A stretch of 45,226 nucleotides of DNA from IMG/VR virus record IMGVR_UViG_3300022886_000003, positions 1-45,226 of that record, one strand, 5' to 3'. The DNA comes from a virus. Its lineage: Duplodnaviria > Caudoviricetes. Shown here piece after piece: positions 41,926-45,226 of this stretch. Position 1 is the stretch's first letter; each line of letters begins with the position of its first letter. A model generated the notes under the pieces. That model was not told the origin of the DNA. It searched no databases and was given only the letters and a program-made list of their open reading frames with translations. The translations under genes were made by a program, and so were the position numbers.

Positions 41926-43140
41926 CTAAATGACCACCATATTGCCTATATAGGCGCAAGTCTCTTCGGCGAGCACCTCGAGTCCGCACTCGGTGAGCCA
42001 GCCGTCAATGATGCTATCCGTGCCCTTGTCCTGTTGATCCTCGATCAGCTTGGTATCGCGGAGGAAACGGTACTTCAGCACCGTGGGATCGAGGATGAAG
42101 GCGGAGTTCGTATATTGCGCGTGGACGTTCATGAGCGGGTGCGTCTTGAACCCGATCTGCCCTTGCGGCAGGGTCCAGACGTTGAGGTTCATGCCGAACA
42201 TCTTGACGACGCCGTCCTGGTTGATGACCGAATCGGTCTTCGCCAGTTTGTTCAGCGAGTTCAGGAAGCCATTGCCGCAGAAAGCGACGCGCTGATCGCC
42301 GGCGCGGGTATCCCAGTTCCAGATCGGATACGTGGCATCCATAAAGGTGGATGTAGTGATTCCCGTACTGGATTGGAAGATCGTCACGTTCGAAGTGATG
42401 AACGAGCGCAGACCACCCGTGGTGCGCGTCAGGTTGCCGGTGGCTTGCGGCGAGGGGTCGACGACTTCCGATGCCAGCCCGTAAAGGAACTGCATCTCAA
42501 TGTCGCGCCCGTGAGCAAATGTCGCGCGCTCCCGGTCGTTCTTATAGGCATCGCCGGTGCGGGCAAAGGTCTTATCGGCGGTGCCGGTAACGGCCCAATT
42601 CGTGCGGAAGATCTGGCAGTAGTTGGTGTACTTGGTCGGGTTGTTCGAAACGCTGGCAGGGCGGGTCGAACCTTCGCCGAATGCCGTGCCGAGTGCGGTC
42701 AGGAAGGTGAAGCCGGTGGTGAGGGCCACGGGCGTAGTGCCGAACTGGCCGCGCTTGAGCACGATCGCCGTGTCGGAGGTGACGGACGATACCAGGGCGA
42801 TCTCGACATTGGCCGCCACATAGGAAACCGGCTCGGTGGTGCCGATCGAATCGACCTTGATCAGTTGGTTGGGGCGAAGCGCGAGGGCGCCGCCGGTGAC
42901 GGTAAGGGTGTTCGACGTGGTGAGGGCGGTCGCCGACATCGTCAAACGGATGACGGTGTTGCGCTCGTTCCACCACGAGAATTGCGGATCAGTTACCGAG
43001 GAGCTGCCGAGCTTCTCGGTGAGGGCGAACAGCGGCGATTTGCCGTTGGGGTTGAGGAAGAGGATCGTCTCCCGGAAAGACTTGGGGCGCTCGTCTGTGC
43101 CCCAGTCATCAGTGGCGCGAACGCCTGCAAAGAATGCCAT
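41926..43140 (-). CDS. Major capsid protein (DUF5309/SU10-like)
   Basis: 404 aa after the scaffold; NYCQIFR; DIEMQFLYG; TRTTGGL; TECGLEV; AGGAG RBS. Confidence 0.88.
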   Translation of the reverse strand: MAFFAGVRATDDWGTDERPKSFRETILFLNPNGKSPLFALTEKLGSSSVTDPQFSWWNERNTVIRLTMSATALTTSNTLTVTGGALALRPNQLIKVDSIGTTEPVSYVAANVEIALVSSVTSDTAIVLKRGQFGTTPVALTTGFTFLTALGTAFGEGSTRPASVSNNPTKYTNYCQIFRTNWAVTGTADKTFARTGDAYKNDRERATFAHGRDIEMQFLYGLASEVVDPSPQATGNLTRTTGGLRSFITSNVTIFQSSTGITTSTFMDATYPIWNWDTRAGDQRVAFCGNGFLNSLNKLAKTDSVINQDGVVKMFGMNLNVWTLPQGQIGFKTHPLMNVHAQYTNSAFILDPTVLKYRFLRDTKLIEDQQDKGTDSIIDGWLTECGLEVLAEETCAYIGNMVVI

Positions 43141-43164
43141 TGAAGTTCTCCTGGTTCGAGAGCC

Positions 43165-44214
43165 CTAGCGGCCACCGCGCGCGAAGTTCACCATATCCGC
43201 GAACACGTTGGGTTGCGGGGATGGTGACGGGGCTACGCTGCCGGGTCCAAGCGGGGTGCGGGCAACGATATTCGAGTTGCCGTTCTGATACCCGTTTTGG
43301 TATTGGGGCTGGGCCGCAGGAGGCTGTGGAGCATTGGGTGCTGGGGCATTGGTATTGGGAGACAAGCCGAGCATATTGCGTACCAATATGCCGATCTCCC
43401 GGGTGGCGATGTCCCGGGTGAGTCCCGGATTACCGCGGTTGGCCTGTATGTAGAGGGCCGAAATTCTGTCGATCTCGTGCTTGGGCACTTGCCGCAAGTC
43501 CTGGTTGACGGTGAAGAAATCGTTCTCGGCCTGATGCACGGCAAACATCTGCTGGATGGTCGACTGAACCACATGCGCCATCTGCTGCCGGATCTGCGGA
43601 TGCTCGGCGATGATCTGAGGCATCTGCTGCTGCAAGGTGGCGACGGTCGCCTCGTAGGCGTTGAGCGTGATGTCCGCTGCCATGTCCGGTAAAACGCGCT
43701 CGGGTTCGGTCGCCATCATGAGCGCGCGATCAGGGGTGAGTTGATAAGAAGAAGCAATCTGCTGGCGCACCGTGTCACGCACTTGCGCGTGTTGAGCCGC
43801 CTGCTGCTGCTGCGTCATGGGCGGCGCTTGCTGCTGGTATTGCTGCGGAGCTTGCTGCTGATATTGCGGCTGCGCCTGCTGCGGTGGTCGCTGCTGCTGC
43901 TGGAATTGCGGAGGCGCGCCGGCGGAGGGCGCACCGTTGACCGGAGCCCCTTTCCCGATTGAGGGCACCACGGGCTGCGGAGGCTTCGGTTCGGCCGGCC
44001 CGCGGGCGTGGCCCATGATGTCGGCAAGCACCGACTCCTGGCGGGCTGCGGTTTCTTTGCCAGGCGCGCTTGAAGGAGATGAAGAGGCGGAACTGTCTGA
44101 TGACGGCGGAGCGGAGGTACCGCCGCCGCCAAGATCCGCCCCTCCCCCCTCGGCCTCAGCCGAGAGAAGCCCTATATTCATTTCATCAAAACTACTCTTC
44201 TTCCACATTTTCAA
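43165..44214 (-). CDS. Capsid scaffolding protein
   Basis: Q/P/S low-complexity N-half, helical C-half; directly upstream of the capsid gene. Confidence 0.7.
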   Translation of the reverse strand: MKMWKKSSFDEMNIGLLSAEAEGGGADLGGGGTSAPPSSDSSASSSPSSAPGKETAARQESVLADIMGHARGPAEPKPPQPVVPSIGKGAPVNGAPSAGAPPQFQQQQRPPQQAQPQYQQQAPQQYQQQAPPMTQQQQAAQHAQVRDTVRQQIASSYQLTPDRALMMATEPERVLPDMAADITLNAYEATVATLQQQMPQIIAEHPQIRQQMAHVVQSTIQQMFAVHQAENDFFTVNQDLRQVPKHEIDRISALYIQANRGNPGLTRDIATREIGILVRNMLGLSPNTNAPAPNAPQPPAAQPQYQNGYQNGNSNIVARTPLGPGSVAPSPSPQPNVFADMVNFARGGR

Positions 44215-44536
44215 TTTCTCGCTTCAGTACTTCGATGGCGTTGCGCCAGTTTTCCGAGAGCCGCTCGGGAGCTTGCCGGGCCATGTCAAGCCCCTCGCAA
44301 TATCCCTGTAAGATGGCGGATTGCTGGAGCTGCTCTCCCACCAGGGGCTTAGTCGCAAGCTCATCGCGCTTATAACGAAGAATGGCTCCGAGCTCACGGC
44401 GCAATATACGCCAGCCTGGGTGCTGCTCAAGAGCTTCAAGGTGCGTGACGTCATTGCGGTGCTCCGCCAGCTCCGTTGACCATGCTTGCAATCGCTGCTG
44501 TCGGACTTGTTCCGGGGTATCCGCCACCGCCTTCAC
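44192..44536 (-). CDS. Small helical protein following the portal
   Basis: L..HPGW.IL; QG..EGL; overlaps the portal C-terminal tail by 86 nt. Confidence 0.7.
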   Translation of the reverse strand: MKAVADTPEQVRQQRLQAWSTELAEHRNDVTHLEALEQHPGWRILRRELGAILRYKRDELATKPLVGEQLQQSAILQGYCEGLDMARQAPERLSENWRNAIEVLKREIENVEEE

Positions 44537-45226
44537 CGCCTCCCATTGCCTGCCCCGCGGGGACTAGATTTCCGGCCTGCGCCTGCTGCATCGCCGCCTC
44601 GTCCGGCGTGATGCGGAACTGCGTGATGTTCTTCAAACCCGCCAAGCTTGCCATGTGCCCGAAGATGCGCGAGATGTCGTACTGCTGGGCGATCTGCGGG
44701 TTCTTGCCGATCACCGAGAAGATCTCTTTCCAGAGCGTGGCCTGCGCAAAGCGGTCGACCGGCAACGTGCCGTCGACGGGCACGTAATCGAATTCGCCCG
44801 TGATCATGGTCTTGTCGACGTTGACGAACTTGGTGCCCTGCATCAGGTCGCCGGCGATGCGGAACATCTTCTCCTGGTCGTAGAACTGTTGTAAGTTCGC
44901 CACCATTTTGCGGCTTAAACGCGACCAGCCAAGAGCAGAGGCGAAGTCGCAGAACGTCTTCATGCGGTTGGCTCCCTGGGCGGCGGCCGTCCGGACTTCG
45001 GTTGCAGTCTTTCTGCCACGCCCGAGCGAACCCATGAGGGAATCGTTGGAGCCGGTGATCTGCTGCATCAGCCCTTCGGTGAACTGCGTGTCACTGAGAT
45101 GCCCTCGAGTGGGGTCGACGTTCATCAACTCGGCGACGGCGGAGCGCACATCGGTGCCATAGCCTGTGCCGGGGCGCATGCGGACGATCCGTCCGGGTCC
45201 GCCGTCGATCAAGTCTTTCACATTGA
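44451..45226 (-). CDS. Portal protein, C-terminal part
   Basis: QITG.ND..MG...RKTATEV; GEFDYVPVDGTLP.DR; in frame with 1..1174 across the junction. Confidence 0.88.
   Translation of the reverse strand, partial: NVKDLIDGGPGRIVRMRPGTGYGTDVRSAVAELMNVDPTRGHLSDTQFTEGLMQQITGSNDSLMGSLGRGRKTATEVRTAAAQGANRMKTFCDFASALGWSRLSRKMVANLQQFYDQEKMFRIAGDLMQGTKFVNVDKTMITGEFDYVPVDGTLPVDRFAQATLWKEIFSVIGKNPQIAQQYDISRIFGHMASLAGLKNITQFRITPDEAAMQQAQAGNLVPAGQAMGGGEGGGGYPGTSPTAAIASMVNGAGGAPQ

Overview
This window is an apparently complete, circularly permuted ~45.2 kb GC-rich podovirus-like phage genome. Bases 1-9 equal 45218-45226, and joining the ends restores a ~646 aa portal gene in frame. The minus strand carries the packaging and virion genes: terS-like, terL, portal, scaffold, major capsid, glycosyltransferase, adaptor, nozzle, tail fibre with S74 chaperone, and ejection proteins including a 1812 aa PLxRFG protein. 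The plus strand from ~13.1 to 26.2 kb carries many small early/middle genes, Gp88-like, RecT-like, Gp157-like, QueD, a DpdA/TGT-like gene and a DUF3987-type ATPase. I found no recognisable integrase, DNA polymerase, primase or endolysin. Four features stand out. (1) Five paralogous HNH-endonuclease cassettes each have a conserved two-hairpin leader, a sense -10 box, and an antisense -10 box at the identical offset inside codons 5-7. Stem mismatches become G-U pairs on the antisense strand, which suggests a symE/SymR-like nuclease plus cis-antisense RNA module repeated five times. (2) Two type II pseudoknotted hammerhead ribozymes lie between early genes, one a U3-A8 core variant. (3) A C5 DNA methyltransferase is split over two overlapping reading frames, with an array of five W[P/A]TP repeats. 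(4) A ~550 nt highly structured non-coding region precedes a sixth, unrelated HNH gene. There are also several sRNA candidates and leaderless promoters. All calls come from reading the sequence; no searches or folding programs were run.
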